From Cypionkella sp. (GTDB lineage: Bacteria > Pseudomonadota > Alphaproteobacteria > Rhodobacterales > Rhodobacteraceae): a DNA stretch of 64,000 bases. The stretch lies in NCBI GenBank assembly GCA_025458085.1, contig JALOTC010000001.1, positions 1,808 through 65,807 on the forward strand, in the 5' to 3' direction. The notes under the pieces were generated by a model, which had not been told where the DNA came from, did no database searches, and saw nothing but the letters and a program-made list of their open reading frames with translations. The translations under genes were made by a program, and so were the position numbers. Shown here piece after piece: positions 52,245-61,643 of this stretch (the stretch's first letter is position 1; each line of letters opens with the position of its first letter).

Positions 52245-53396
52245 TCACGCCAGATGGTCAACCCTTTGCAGATATTGGGCAAGCTGGGCCACTTCATCCA
52301 TCCAGCGGGCAATGACGCGCGGGTCATGCGGCGCGGGATGCACACCGGCAGCGATGTCACGCGCTGCCAAGGCTTCGATCCCAAGCGAGACGGGGATAGA
52401 CACGAGCCGCGACATCGCCGAACCCCGTGCGTCGCCCCAAGCATCCATGGCCCAAGTTTCGTGGAAAACGGGCTTGCCGTTACGCTCTGCCCTCAGGCTG
52501 ACAAAGAGGACCACGCGGTCGGGTTCGCCTTCGGCATAGGAGTTTTCCTTGAGCAGGTCATGGGCGAGGGCTGTCAGTGTCTCGTCAACTTCGGCGGCGG
52601 GTTTTCCCTCCAGCCCTTCGATGGTTCGGAAGATGCCGTCCCATGCCGCCGCCCAACCATTCAGGCGGATCGTGCCGCGCACGAAATCGCGCAACTTCCA
52701 CGCCGGGTCAAAGCGGTAATCTTCGATGAAGGGGTAGGAGTCGCGGTTGGGATAGACTTCAAAGCTTTCCGGAGTGGGAAGGGGCGCGTCATAGGCGGTG
52801 ATCGCATCCCACGGGCGATTGACCCGAAGCTCGGAGAAATTCCGGAGCGAGCGCGAGGGGGATTTGAGTGCCTTCAGCACACCGACCGGCGCCCAACTGA
52901 ACTTATAGCGGAAGGCATTGGCCTCTTTTGGCACGCCGCCGCAATACGAGGTGAAACTCAGCACATTCTCCGCATGATAGCCGGGTGAGGCGCGGTAGCG
53001 CGCCACAAGATCATGCGCCATCAGATGGTCGATGCCAGGGTCTAGCCCGATCTCATTCAGGCTGGTCAGCCCCTTTTCACGGAAAGCGCCATCCAGCGCC
53101 CGCATTTCTGGCGCGATATAGCTGGAGGAGACGAAATGCGCGCCTTTCGTGAGGCAGGCCTGGGCAATCGCTATATGCTGATCGGCGGGCAGCATCGACA
53201 CGGCGATGTCGCCGGACTGCATGGCTTGGGTCAGTGCCTCAAGGCTGTAGGGGCGGATGTCCTGTGCCACATCGCCCACCACCGCGCGGGCCTTGTCGAC
53301 CGTGCGGTTCCAGACCGTGACTTTGTGGCCCTTGGCAATGAGCCGCTTTAGCCCCGGCACCGACGAAAGCCCCGTGCCACACCAATGGATCGTCAT
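52245..53396 (-). CDS. Saccharopine dehydrogenase (LYS9/SDH-like, glutamate-forming family)
   Basis: NEIGLDPGIDH, SYCGG, YKFSWAP, YPNRDS, RGTIR. Confidence 0.88.
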   Translation of the reverse strand: MTIHWCGTGLSSVPGLKRLIAKGHKVTVWNRTVDKARAVVGDVAQDIRPYSLEALTQAMQSGDIAVSMLPADQHIAIAQACLTKGAHFVSSSYIAPEMRALDGAFREKGLTSLNEIGLDPGIDHLMAHDLVARYRASPGYHAENVLSFTSYCGGVPKEANAFRYKFSWAPVGVLKALKSPSRSLRNFSELRVNRPWDAITAYDAPLPTPESFEVYPNRDSYPFIEDYRFDPAWKLRDFVRGTIRLNGWAAAWDGIFRTIEGLEGKPAAEVDETLTALAHDLLKENSYAEGEPDRVVLFVSLRAERNGKPVFHETWAMDAWGDARGSAMSRLVSIPVSLGIEALAARDIAAGVHPAPHDPRVIARWMDEVAQLAQYLQRVDHLA

Positions 53397-53441
53397 GTTC
53401 TTATCCTTTCTTGTCCCGTGCCGCGCTGTCGCAGTCTTGGA

Positions 53442-54491
53442 TCAGATCGTTGCAATGTGGCGGTCAAACTCCGCCTTGGCCCGGCCCCAGACGCCGCCCG
53501 ACAGATCGGGCAGGGTCATCAGGCTGGGCAAAAGCTGGGCGGCGTAATCCTCGCTGCTTTCTACAGGCAGCAGAGAGGGCAGGTTGTCGATCGCCATCAC
53601 ATCCAAAGGCGGGTTTTCCGCTACGCGCAGGGCGGGGGCCTGCCAGTCAGTGGCGCGGTCATAGACCTTGATGGGCGAGAAGTCCGAGGTCGGATCGCAA
53701 GCGATATCGCCGATCACGGTGAGTTTGCGCGGGTCGGTCGTGGCCGAAGCCGGCACGAAAACCGGGCAACCGGGGCGGGCGAGGATGCAGTTCAGGAAAA
53801 TCTCATGTTCCAGCACTTCGGGGAATGGGCCGCCATGGGCGGTTTCGGCCATATCCCAGCGGGTAACAGCCACGCCAAGCGCGGTGCACAGGTCACTGGC
53901 CCCGGTGCCAACGCGGCCCAAGGCCCCGATCACGATGGCGCGGGGGCGGGGCATCCCGTCCAGCTCCTGAGTCAGATCGGCAATCAGTGCCTCTTTGCCC
54001 GGATATTTCGCAACTGGGCCGATCAACCCGCCCCGCTGTTGCGCGGCCCATGCTTTCAGGCTGACGGCGGCCCCGGCATAGCCTGCCCAATAGCCAAAGG
54101 CCGCAACGCGACGGCCGTTTTCATCGACCAGATATTCTAGATCATAAAGCGTGCCGCCTCCGGCCTTGAACCGCTTGAGCAATTCACGCCCCGCAGGCTG
54201 TCCCTTGTAGGCATGGCCGAACATGATGTGACGATGGGTCAGGGCTGTGCCATCTTCGGGCAGTTCTTTCAGCCCGAAGATGATCGCATCCGCCGGTGCC
54301 TTCGGCCACAGATTTTCTTCGGCAATCTCGCAGCCTGCAGCGACATAACCATCAAGTGGGATCGCCCGGACAGAAGAGCGTTCGACCGTGACCCGCAGGC
54401 CTGCGCGCACCAATGCCGCCGCGCCTTCAGGTGTCAGGCCGACGCGTTCTTCGTTCGGGCGCTGTTCAGCGCGCACCCAGAGATGGGTCAT
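53442..54491 (-). CDS. Saccharopine dehydrogenase (LYS1/LKR-like, lysine-forming family)
   Basis: RAEQRPNEER, GLKELP, LYDLEYL, GALGRVG, IDNLPSLLP. Confidence 0.88.
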   Translation of the reverse strand: MTHLWVRAEQRPNEERVGLTPEGAAALVRAGLRVTVERSSVRAIPLDGYVAAGCEIAEENLWPKAPADAIIFGLKELPEDGTALTHRHIMFGHAYKGQPAGRELLKRFKAGGGTLYDLEYLVDENGRRVAAFGYWAGYAGAAVSLKAWAAQQRGGLIGPVAKYPGKEALIADLTQELDGMPRPRAIVIGALGRVGTGASDLCTALGVAVTRWDMAETAHGGPFPEVLEHEIFLNCILARPGCPVFVPASATTDPRKLTVIGDIACDPTSDFSPIKVYDRATDWQAPALRVAENPPLDVMAIDNLPSLLPVESSEDYAAQLLPSLMTLPDLSGGVWGRAKAEFDRHIATI

Positions 54492-54729
54492 CGTAACGTC
54501 CTTCCATGTCATATCCGCGCCCAACCGCACGTCGACGCCAGTTTTCGGCGGCGATACAGGCTTCGCGCAGGTTCGAGAACCAGACAAGCATTTGCTGCCC
54601 GCGCTTTCCGCGTTGGCCCCATTCCCGGACCACGGAATATTCTCCGAACAGATTGTCGGCAACCTCAACCCGGTAGAACCGTTCGCCGGGAGGCGTGCGG
54701 CGGGTCAGAAGGAAGGTCAGCACGATCAA
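54466..54729 (-). CDS. WGR-domain protein
   Basis: RFYRVEV..NLFGEYSVVREWGQRGKRGQ...RGY. Confidence 0.75.
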   Translation of the reverse strand: MIVLTFLLTRRTPPGERFYRVEVADNLFGEYSVVREWGQRGKRGQQMLVWFSNLREACIAAENWRRRAVGRGYDMEGRYDDPSLGAR

Positions 54730-54854
54730 CTCTCCGAACGGTCACCTGCGCCCGGTTCTGGCGCATCTCTGGTATTTGCGCCAAAGGACTACCAGATAAT
54801 CCGCACAGTGACAGGTGCGAAGTAGGGGGCAGCCGATTGCGTGTTCGGGTCTTT

Positions 54855-55781
54855 ATGGCAGGTCTGGTGGGTGCCTTGGGTCTTGGCGGGGTGGCAGCAT
54901 GGGTTCTGGCCCAACCCCGCGCCCTGAACGAAGCGGAATTTGCCGCGCATTACGACGCGCCCCTTGCCTCGCCCTCTGGCCCGCAGGCGACCTATCACCT
55001 TGGCCATTCGCTTGTTGGGCGCGACATGCCTGCGCTGCTGTCACAGCTTTCCGGGGCCGATCATGCAAGCCAGCTTGGCTGGGGCGCAAGTCTACGTAAT
55101 CATTGGCAAGGCGATGTGCCGGGTTTTGCCGAAGAAAACGCCCACCCCCGGCACCGCCCGGCCGCCGAGGCGGTGGAGAGCGGCGAGTATCCGGTGGTCG
55201 TGCTGACCGAAATGGTCGAAATCCGTGATGCCATCCGTTATCACGACAGTGCCCGCGCACTGGCGGATTGGGCCTTGCGCATCCGAGGTGCCCGGCCAGA
55301 GGCGCGCATTTATCTCTATGAGACATGGCACCGGCTGGACGATCCCGAGGGCTGGATGGAGCGCGTGGAGGCCGATCGCAGCCGCTATTGGGAAGGCGAG
55401 ATCCTGCGCCGAGCCATGGCGGTCGAAGGGGTAGGCACGATCCATGTCATCCCCGGCGGGCAGGTCATGGCCGCCGTCGCCCGCGCGGCAGAGGCGGGGG
55501 ATGTGCCGGGCCTGTCACGGCGCGAGGACCTCTTTGCCCTTGGTCCAGATGGCACGCAGGACATGATTCACTTCAGCGATCTGGGGGCCTATCTGATGGC
55601 GTTGACCCATTATGCCGTAATTTATCATCAAAGCCCCGAGGGCCTGCCGCATGATCTTTCACGCGCGGATGGTACGCCCCTGCCGCCACTTGCGCCTGAA
55701 ACGGCACAGGCGCTGCAACGGATGGTCTGGGAGGTTGTGACAAGCTATCCTGCAACCGGTGTCGCCCCGGTCAGGGAGTAA
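54855..55781 (+). CDS. Membrane-anchored SGNH-like hydrolase/acyltransferase
   Basis: N-terminal hydrophobic anchor; GHSL nucleophile block; DMIH (DxxH). Confidence 0.65.
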   Translation: MAGLVGALGLGGVAAWVLAQPRALNEAEFAAHYDAPLASPSGPQATYHLGHSLVGRDMPALLSQLSGADHASQLGWGASLRNHWQGDVPGFAEENAHPRHRPAAEAVESGEYPVVVLTEMVEIRDAIRYHDSARALADWALRIRGARPEARIYLYETWHRLDDPEGWMERVEADRSRYWEGEILRRAMAVEGVGTIHVIPGGQVMAAVARAAEAGDVPGLSRREDLFALGPDGTQDMIHFSDLGAYLMALTHYAVIYHQSPEGLPHDLSRADGTPLPPLAPETAQALQRMVWEVVTSYPATGVAPVRE

Positions 55782-55784
55782 GGT

Positions 55785-58310
55785 GTGAAGCTTTTTTCAC
55801 TTCTGGCAGAAGTCCTTTACATCGGTCACAGTCTTGTTGGCCCCGATCTTCCCGATGTCGTGGAAGGTGGCCTGCGTGCCATGCAGGAACCCGCAACGGT
55901 TGCGGCACAGGTCATCAATGGTGCGTCGCTGCGGTTTAACTTCGAGAATTCGGCAAATGCCGAAGGCGTGGACGGGCGCGTGACGCTTCAGGAGGGCAAG
56001 ACAGATGTCTTGATCCTGACCGAGGCGATTCCTTTGGCCGAGCATTTGCGCTGGAATGATACGCCGGGTGAAATCGTCCGCTTTGCCGAATTGGCCCGTT
56101 TGATGAACCCGGACGTGCGGGTGTTCCTGTATGAGACATGGCACAGTCGCACCTCTGGCCCCGGCACCGAGATCGCCGGCGATCCGAATGCAGGGATGCC
56201 GTGGCGCGACAGGTTGGAGGCCGATCTGCCCCTGTGGGAAGGGGCCATGGCCGAGGCGAACCGGCGTTTGGGCGAGGACAGGGTGCAGCTTTTGCCCGCG
56301 GGTCAGGCGATGGCGCGGCTTGCCGATGCGGTGGCAGCGGGGGAGGTGCCGGGTGTTTCATCGATGGATGCCTTCTTTTCCGATGACATCCATCTGACGG
56401 AACGCGGCCAGTATTTTGTGGCGTTGGTTCATGTTGCGGCAATTACCGGGCGTTCGCCCGAAGGGCTACCGGCGCAACTTACCCGCGCGTGGCGTACCCG
56501 CGATGGCGTGGTTGGCCCTGACCTTGCCGCCGTCTTGCAACGCATCGCATGGGAGGCGGTCAGCGGCTATCGCACTGCCTCGAGCGAACAGGCGGCTGTC
56601 ATTCCGTCTGATGCTGCGCCTGCGCCGGAACCTGAGTCGCCGTCCATGGCCCCGGTGCTTGATATGCCCGATCTGGCCAGCCTGACGCCAATCTCCAACC
56701 CGAACCTTGCGCTGGGCTTGAACGGGATTTCTGATTGGTCGGTGCAACAGCCTTTTCTGGATGTGATCAAGGCCGCGCGGGAATGGACGGGGCATCTGCC
56801 GGGCCAATTCGGTGGCTGGGACCATGATGATCTTGCCGCCGCCGGGGTGCTGGATGCACAGGGCTGGCCCTTGCGACTCCCCGAACAGGTGACCGGGCTT
56901 TCGCTTCTGGTCCTGACAGACTTGCCCGAAGATGCCGCCGGTGTAGCGGGCCGGTATCTGGTGACATGGGAAGGGCGGGGCCGGATCGTCGTCGAAGGGC
57001 GTGGGCAGGTGGTAGAGGAAGCGCCGGGGCGCATCGTTTTGGACTATGCCCCCGGTCCGGGGACGGTAAGCCTGACCCTTAGCGAAATAGACCCTGCCGA
57101 TCCCCTGCGAAACATCACGATGGTGCGCGAGGACCGGGCCAGCCTTCTGGCCGCAGGGCAGGTGTTCAACCCCGATTGGCTGGCACGGATCAGAGGGGCG
57201 AGGACCCTACGCTTCATGGACTGGATGGCCACGAATGATGCAACGCTTGCGCAGGCGGAGGAACGACCAAGGCCGGAGCATTATACATGGACGCGGGATG
57301 GTGCGCCGATAGAGGTGATGGTGGCGCTGGCCAATGAATTGGATGCGAATCCATGGTTCACGATGCCGCATCTGGCCGAAGATGCCCTGATCCGCGCCTA
57401 TGCCGAAGCTGTGCGCGATGAGTTGGAGCCAGGTCTGAACGCCCATGTCGAATTTTCGAACGAGGTGTGGAATTGGCAATTCGCGCAGGCGGAATGGGCA
57501 GAGGCTCAGGGCCGCGCGCGTTGGGGCGGCGAGTCGAAATGGGTGCAATTCTATGCCCTTCGGGCGGCCGAGATGGCGCGCATCTGGGCCGAGGTTTTCG
57601 GGGCCGAGGCCGAGGCGCGGTTGACGCCTGTGATTGCCACGCAGACAGGATGGATCGGGCTTGAAGATCAGATCCTGTCCGCCCCCGATGTGATCGCCGA
57701 GGGCGCGCCCGCCCCGGCAACCGCGTTCGATGCCTATGCGGTAACGGGCTATTTCTCCGGCCTCCTCGGCTCGGCCGAAAAGGCGCCGATGGTGCGCGGC
57801 TGGCTGGAGGCGTCAGAGGCCGCGGCGCGGGCAGAGGCGGCCGCGCTTGGGCTGCAAGGGGCAGAGGCAGAGGCCCATGTGGCCACCCATCGCTTTGACG
57901 AGGCGGTGCAGCGCGCCGTGGAGGAAATCGCCGATGGCCGGCATTCCGGTGACCGGGCCGATACGCTCGCGCGGCTTTTGGAGGAAGTGCTTCCCCATCA
58001 TGCGCAGGTTGCGGCAAGGCATGGTCTGCGGTTGGTGATGTATGAGGGCGGCACGCATGTGGTTGGCTTTGGCGCAGAGGTGGAGGATGCGCGACTGACC
58101 GCGTTTTTCACGCATCTGAACTACACCCCCGAAATGGCGGCGCTGTACGACCGGCTCTTGCAGGGTTGGGCCAAGCTGACGCCAGAGCCATTCAACGCCT
58201 TTGTGGATGTGGCTGCCCCCGGCAAATGGGGATCATGGGGCGCGCTGCGTCATTTGGGCGATGACAACCCACGCTGGCAGGTTCTGGCCAAGGGGTGTCT
58301 TGCGTGCTGA
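55785..58310 (+). CDS. SGNH-like domain fused to a putative TIM-barrel glycoside hydrolase
   Basis: GHSL...DDIH in the N-domain, Pro/Ala linker, RFMDW...EFSNEVWN...YEGG in the C-domain. Confidence 0.65.
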   Translation: MKLFSLLAEVLYIGHSLVGPDLPDVVEGGLRAMQEPATVAAQVINGASLRFNFENSANAEGVDGRVTLQEGKTDVLILTEAIPLAEHLRWNDTPGEIVRFAELARLMNPDVRVFLYETWHSRTSGPGTEIAGDPNAGMPWRDRLEADLPLWEGAMAEANRRLGEDRVQLLPAGQAMARLADAVAAGEVPGVSSMDAFFSDDIHLTERGQYFVALVHVAAITGRSPEGLPAQLTRAWRTRDGVVGPDLAAVLQRIAWEAVSGYRTASSEQAAVIPSDAAPAPEPESPSMAPVLDMPDLASLTPISNPNLALGLNGISDWSVQQPFLDVIKAAREWTGHLPGQFGGWDHDDLAAAGVLDAQGWPLRLPEQVTGLSLLVLTDLPEDAAGVAGRYLVTWEGRGRIVVEGRGQVVEEAPGRIVLDYAPGPGTVSLTLSEIDPADPLRNITMVREDRASLLAAGQVFNPDWLARIRGARTLRFMDWMATNDATLAQAEERPRPEHYTWTRDGAPIEVMVALANELDANPWFTMPHLAEDALIRAYAEAVRDELEPGLNAHVEFSNEVWNWQFAQAEWAEAQGRARWGGESKWVQFYALRAAEMARIWAEVFGAEAEARLTPVIATQTGWIGLEDQILSAPDVIAEGAPAPATAFDAYAVTGYFSGLLGSAEKAPMVRGWLEASEAAARAEAAALGLQGAEAEAHVATHRFDEAVQRAVEEIADGRHSGDRADTLARLLEEVLPHHAQVAARHGLRLVMYEGGTHVVGFGAEVEDARLTAFFTHLNYTPEMAALYDRLLQGWAKLTPEPFNAFVDVAAPGKWGSWGALRHLGDDNPRWQVLAKGCLAC

Positions 58311-59122
58311 GTGTGATCATCCCCGCCTCGAATGAGGCGGCGTTCATCGGCCCCTGCCTTTCGGCGCTTTGCGCCTCGCGGATCATGGCGGCGCAGGTGA
58401 TCGTTGTGGCCAATGGCTGCCGGGATGAAACGGCGCAGATCGCGCGTGAGGTTCTGGGGCGGATCTGTCCCGAAGGTTGGCAGGCCGAGGTGCTGGAACT
58501 GACCCAGGGATCAAAACCCGGTGCGCTGAATGCAGGCGAGACGCGGGCAGTGCATGGCATCCGGGTCTATCTGGATGCCGATGTGATCGTCTCGCCGCTT
58601 CTCCTTGCAGCTTTGGCGCGGGTCTTGGAAGGCGAGGCACCGCTTTACGCCAGTGGCACGGCCCGCATCCCAAGGCCAGAGGACCCTGTCAGCCGCGCCT
58701 ATGCGCAGTTCTGGCAGATGCTGCCCTTTCACAAAAGCGTGGCACCTGGCTATGGGCTTTTTGCGGTGAACGCGGCAGGACGGGCGCGGTGGGGGGGCTT
58801 TCCCGATCTGATTTCGGATGATGGATTTGTGCGGCTGCATTTTGCGCCAGAGGAACGGCGGCAGGTGGCTGAACCCTATGACTGGCCGATGATCGAAGGC
58901 TTTGCGCGTCTTGTCCGGGTGCGGCGCCGGCAGGATGCCGGAATGCGGCAGCTTTTGCAGATGCACCCCAATCTGGCCCGGAACGAAGGGAAGGCGCGGC
59001 TTGGTCCCTTGGGTCTGGCAAGGCTTGCCCTGCGCGCGCCTTTGGGGTTTCTCGCCTATGCTGCCGTTTCGCTGGCTGTGCGGATGGGGCGTGGGAAGGA
59101 TGGCTTCACCCGAGGGCGCTAG
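58304..59122 (+). CDS. Glycosyltransferase family 2
   Basis: SVIIPASNE, VVANGCRD, YLDAD, SDD. Confidence 0.88.
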   Translation: MLSVIIPASNEAAFIGPCLSALCASRIMAAQVIVVANGCRDETAQIAREVLGRICPEGWQAEVLELTQGSKPGALNAGETRAVHGIRVYLDADVIVSPLLLAALARVLEGEAPLYASGTARIPRPEDPVSRAYAQFWQMLPFHKSVAPGYGLFAVNAAGRARWGGFPDLISDDGFVRLHFAPEERRQVAEPYDWPMIEGFARLVRVRRRQDAGMRQLLQMHPNLARNEGKARLGPLGLARLALRAPLGFLAYAAVSLAVRMGRGKDGFTRGR

Positions 59123-59197
59123 GTCAAAGGCCATGTCTTGGCCATGGCATCGCGGCAGGAAGCGGTCTATGCAAGGGGACCTGCAAGGGAGGCGCGG

Positions 59198-59476
59198 ATG
59201 ATCGGCTTTTTGCGTCTGATGCTGTTCTGGGCGCTGTTTTCAGCCGTGCTGTACTGGCTGCTTCTGACCTATGGCCGGTCGCTTCGGCGCGAGGCGTTGG
59301 AGAAGGAATGGGCAGCAGAACATTCCGACTCCGCCGATACAGAGGCCCGCGATGCCTTTGTGGCCGAGGGCATGGCCGCTTATGAAGGCAGTCTGCGCCG
59401 CAAGCTTTTGTGGGGCGTGATTGTCCTGCCTTTCATTGGTATTGGCTTGCTCATATATCTTGTGAATTACGCATGA
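59198..59476 (+). CDS. Small two-TM membrane protein
   Basis: GGAGG RBS; two hydrophobic segments. Confidence 0.75.
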   Translation: MIGFLRLMLFWALFSAVLYWLLLTYGRSLRREALEKEWAAEHSDSADTEARDAFVAEGMAAYEGSLRRKLLWGVIVLPFIGIGLLIYLVNYA

Positions 59477-59483
59477 GGCGAAA

Positions 59484-60155
59484 ATGCGCTGGGTGAAATG
59501 GGCCGTTCTGGCCACCGTCCTTCTGATCTTCGGATCGTTCCTGCATTACACGCTGCCTCAGCGCGATATCGTGCGGGTCGTCGGCACCTATCAGGAACGG
59601 CAGGATCTGACGGATTGGACCCGGATGTTCTGGTCGCAGCCCGATGATCAATCGGGGCAGTTGACGAACCGGGATGTGCAATTCATCCAGACCGTGCAGC
59701 CCAACGGCCGCCCCATGGTCTACCGCAACGAGGATACGGGCTGGCGCTGGCCACCCTATTTCAAGTTCGACACCGCAAGTTTGCAGACCGAGGCTGAGGA
59801 TTTGAAATCCGGGGCAGATGCGCCGAAATGGGTGGCTATCACTCATTACGGGTGGCGCAACGAATTCCTGTCGATCTTCCCCAATGCCGTGGCGATCCGT
59901 CAGGTTGAAGGGCCAGAGGTGACGCTGATCCCATGGTTCAACATCTTCTTCTTCGTGGCATTTGGGCTTTTGGCCCTGTTGTTCGCGCGGATGTGGGCGC
60001 AGTTCCGCGAAAGGATGATTGATCCGGCGATCGAAGGGGTCGCCGAAAGGTGGGAATCCGCCGATGCACGCGCGGATGCAGCGCGTGAAGAGGCGCGGGG
60101 TCTTTGGGCGCGGATCAAGGGCTGGTTTTCACGCAGTGGCGGCAAGCGCGGCTGA
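59484..60155 (+). CDS. DUF1523-family protein
   Basis: HYTLPQRD, VYRNEDTGW.WPPYFKFD. Confidence 0.8.
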   Translation: MRWVKWAVLATVLLIFGSFLHYTLPQRDIVRVVGTYQERQDLTDWTRMFWSQPDDQSGQLTNRDVQFIQTVQPNGRPMVYRNEDTGWRWPPYFKFDTASLQTEAEDLKSGADAPKWVAITHYGWRNEFLSIFPNAVAIRQVEGPEVTLIPWFNIFFFVAFGLLALLFARMWAQFRERMIDPAIEGVAERWESADARADAAREEARGLWARIKGWFSRSGGKRG

Positions 60156-60173
60156 CACTGTCGCGCCTGCCTT

Positions 60174-60824
60174 TCAGATGCGGAAGAAGGGCTGCGCGAG
60201 GCGCGGGATCAGGCTGTTGAACCGCAGCGGGCCTTGCGTCGCGGCAAGGCAGATGCAGGTTTCGCCGTCCTCGGCCACTGGGGTATGTTCAAGGCTATCG
60301 TCCGCGATTTCGATATCGCCGGGGCCGAAACGGTCTTTCTCATCCCGGAAAGCGCCTTTGAGGACTAGCGTCATCTCAAGCCCGCTATGGCCATGGTCGG
60401 GCATCGCTGCCCCGCCGGGGATCGACAAGAGGCGGACCGACGCCCCCGTATCCCCCATCTTGAGGATCGCCTGCTTTGCCCCAAGGCCCAAGGGCCGCCA
60501 GCGAACCGACTCAAGCCCGCCGCCCACATAATCGACCAGAGGGGCGGGGAATACACCATCGCCCCGACGCGGCGCGCGGGCCGTGGCTTGCGCCATCCCG
60601 TCGATCCGCATCAGGCAGGCTTCAAGGCTGCCATCCGACATGGCAGAAAAATCTTCTTCGATCACCGCACCGCCCAGCGCATCAAAAGCGCCAAGCCGGG
60701 CGCGGCATTCGTCGCACATCGACACATGGGTCGCGATCACAAGATTGAACGCCTCGGGCAAGTCGCCGGCCGAATAGGCAAGCAGCATTTCATCCGAGAG
60801 GTGGTGCCGTATCGTCGTCATCAC
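60174..60824 (-). CDS. chrR: Anti-sigma factor ChrR
   Basis: TIRHH, HVSMCDEC zinc site, cupin PDHGH..E...HTP. Confidence 0.93.
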   Translation of the reverse strand: MMTTIRHHLSDEMLLAYSAGDLPEAFNLVIATHVSMCDECRARLGAFDALGGAVIEEDFSAMSDGSLEACLMRIDGMAQATARAPRRGDGVFPAPLVDYVGGGLESVRWRPLGLGAKQAILKMGDTGASVRLLSIPGGAAMPDHGHSGLEMTLVLKGAFRDEKDRFGPGDIEIADDSLEHTPVAEDGETCICLAATQGPLRFNSLIPRLAQPFFRI

Positions 60825-61486
60825 TTGCCTGCCTTCGCATCCATCTGTTGGCGCAGTCTGTCGAGCGCCAGCCTGATGCGCGACTTGATCGTACCAAGTG
60901 GCAGGCCCGTTTCAGCAGCAATCTCGCTATGCGACAATTCGCCGTAATAGGCCCGTTCGATCAGGTCGCGCTGTTTCTGTGGCAACTGGGCAAGCGCGGC
61001 GCCCAGCCGTTCCGTATCCTGTTGCGCCTCCAGCACCTCGGCCTGATCGGGTTCAGGCTCTGGTCCCCAAGGCAGTTCCTCCGGTTCGGGCCTGCGCGAT
61101 TTGCGCAGGGCATCGATCCGCCGGTTCCGGGCAATGGTGAAGACCCATGTCGCCACCGAAGCCCGGGCTGGATCGAACATGTTCGCTTTTTGCCACAGCG
61201 TTGCCATGACATCCTGCGCACATTCCTCGGCCAGTGTTTCCGAAGCACCCGACTTCATCAGGAACGCCTTCACCCGTGGGGCGAAATGGCGAAACAGGGC
61301 TGCGAAAGCCGCCTTGTCCTGATGGTCGCGCACCCGAAGAACCAGTGCCGCCCAATCCGTCTGCTCTCCATCCGCTGCCAAGCGAGGCCGTCCTTCGCGA
61401 TGCAAAACCTGTTTGTCAGGCAAAGCATAATACCCTGCCCTGTCGGCTGCATCCGGTTTTTCGGCTCGTCCGGCATCGAACGTCAT
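60821..61486 (-). CDS. rpoE: ECF sigma factor RpoE (singlet-oxygen response); alternative TTG start at 61381
   Basis: FAPRVK, WVFTIARNRRID, LPLGTIKSRIR; coupled to chrR. Confidence 0.92.
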   Translation of the reverse strand: MTFDAGRAEKPDAADRAGYYALPDKQVLHREGRPRLAADGEQTDWAALVLRVRDHQDKAAFAALFRHFAPRVKAFLMKSGASETLAEECAQDVMATLWQKANMFDPARASVATWVFTIARNRRIDALRKSRRPEPEELPWGPEPEPDQAEVLEAQQDTERLGAALAQLPQKQRDLIERAYYGELSHSEIAAETGLPLGTIKSRIRLALDRLRQQMDAKAGK

Positions 61487-61494
61487 GGGGTGGT

Positions 61495-61520
61495 TACGGC
61501 CCGCGCGTCCGGGTGGATCA
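61495..61520 (-). promoter_or_regulatory. Autoregulatory sigmaE promoter of rpoE-chrR
   Basis: TGATCC-N15-CCGTA on the minus strand. Confidence 0.8.
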
Positions 61521-61586
61521 CATTTTGCTCATTTGGGATGTGCTTTTTCGCTGTCAAGTTTCCTGTGTCAGAAAAATTGGACAGCT

Positions 61587-61612
61587 TGATCCAGCGAGAT
61601 AGTTGGTGCGTA
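61587..61612 (+). promoter_or_regulatory. SigmaE promoter of the ufaD-like operon
   Basis: TGATCC-N15-GCGTA. Confidence 0.82.
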
Positions 61613-61643
61613 TAGTGCCTCGAGCGTATCAAAAGGAAGCATC

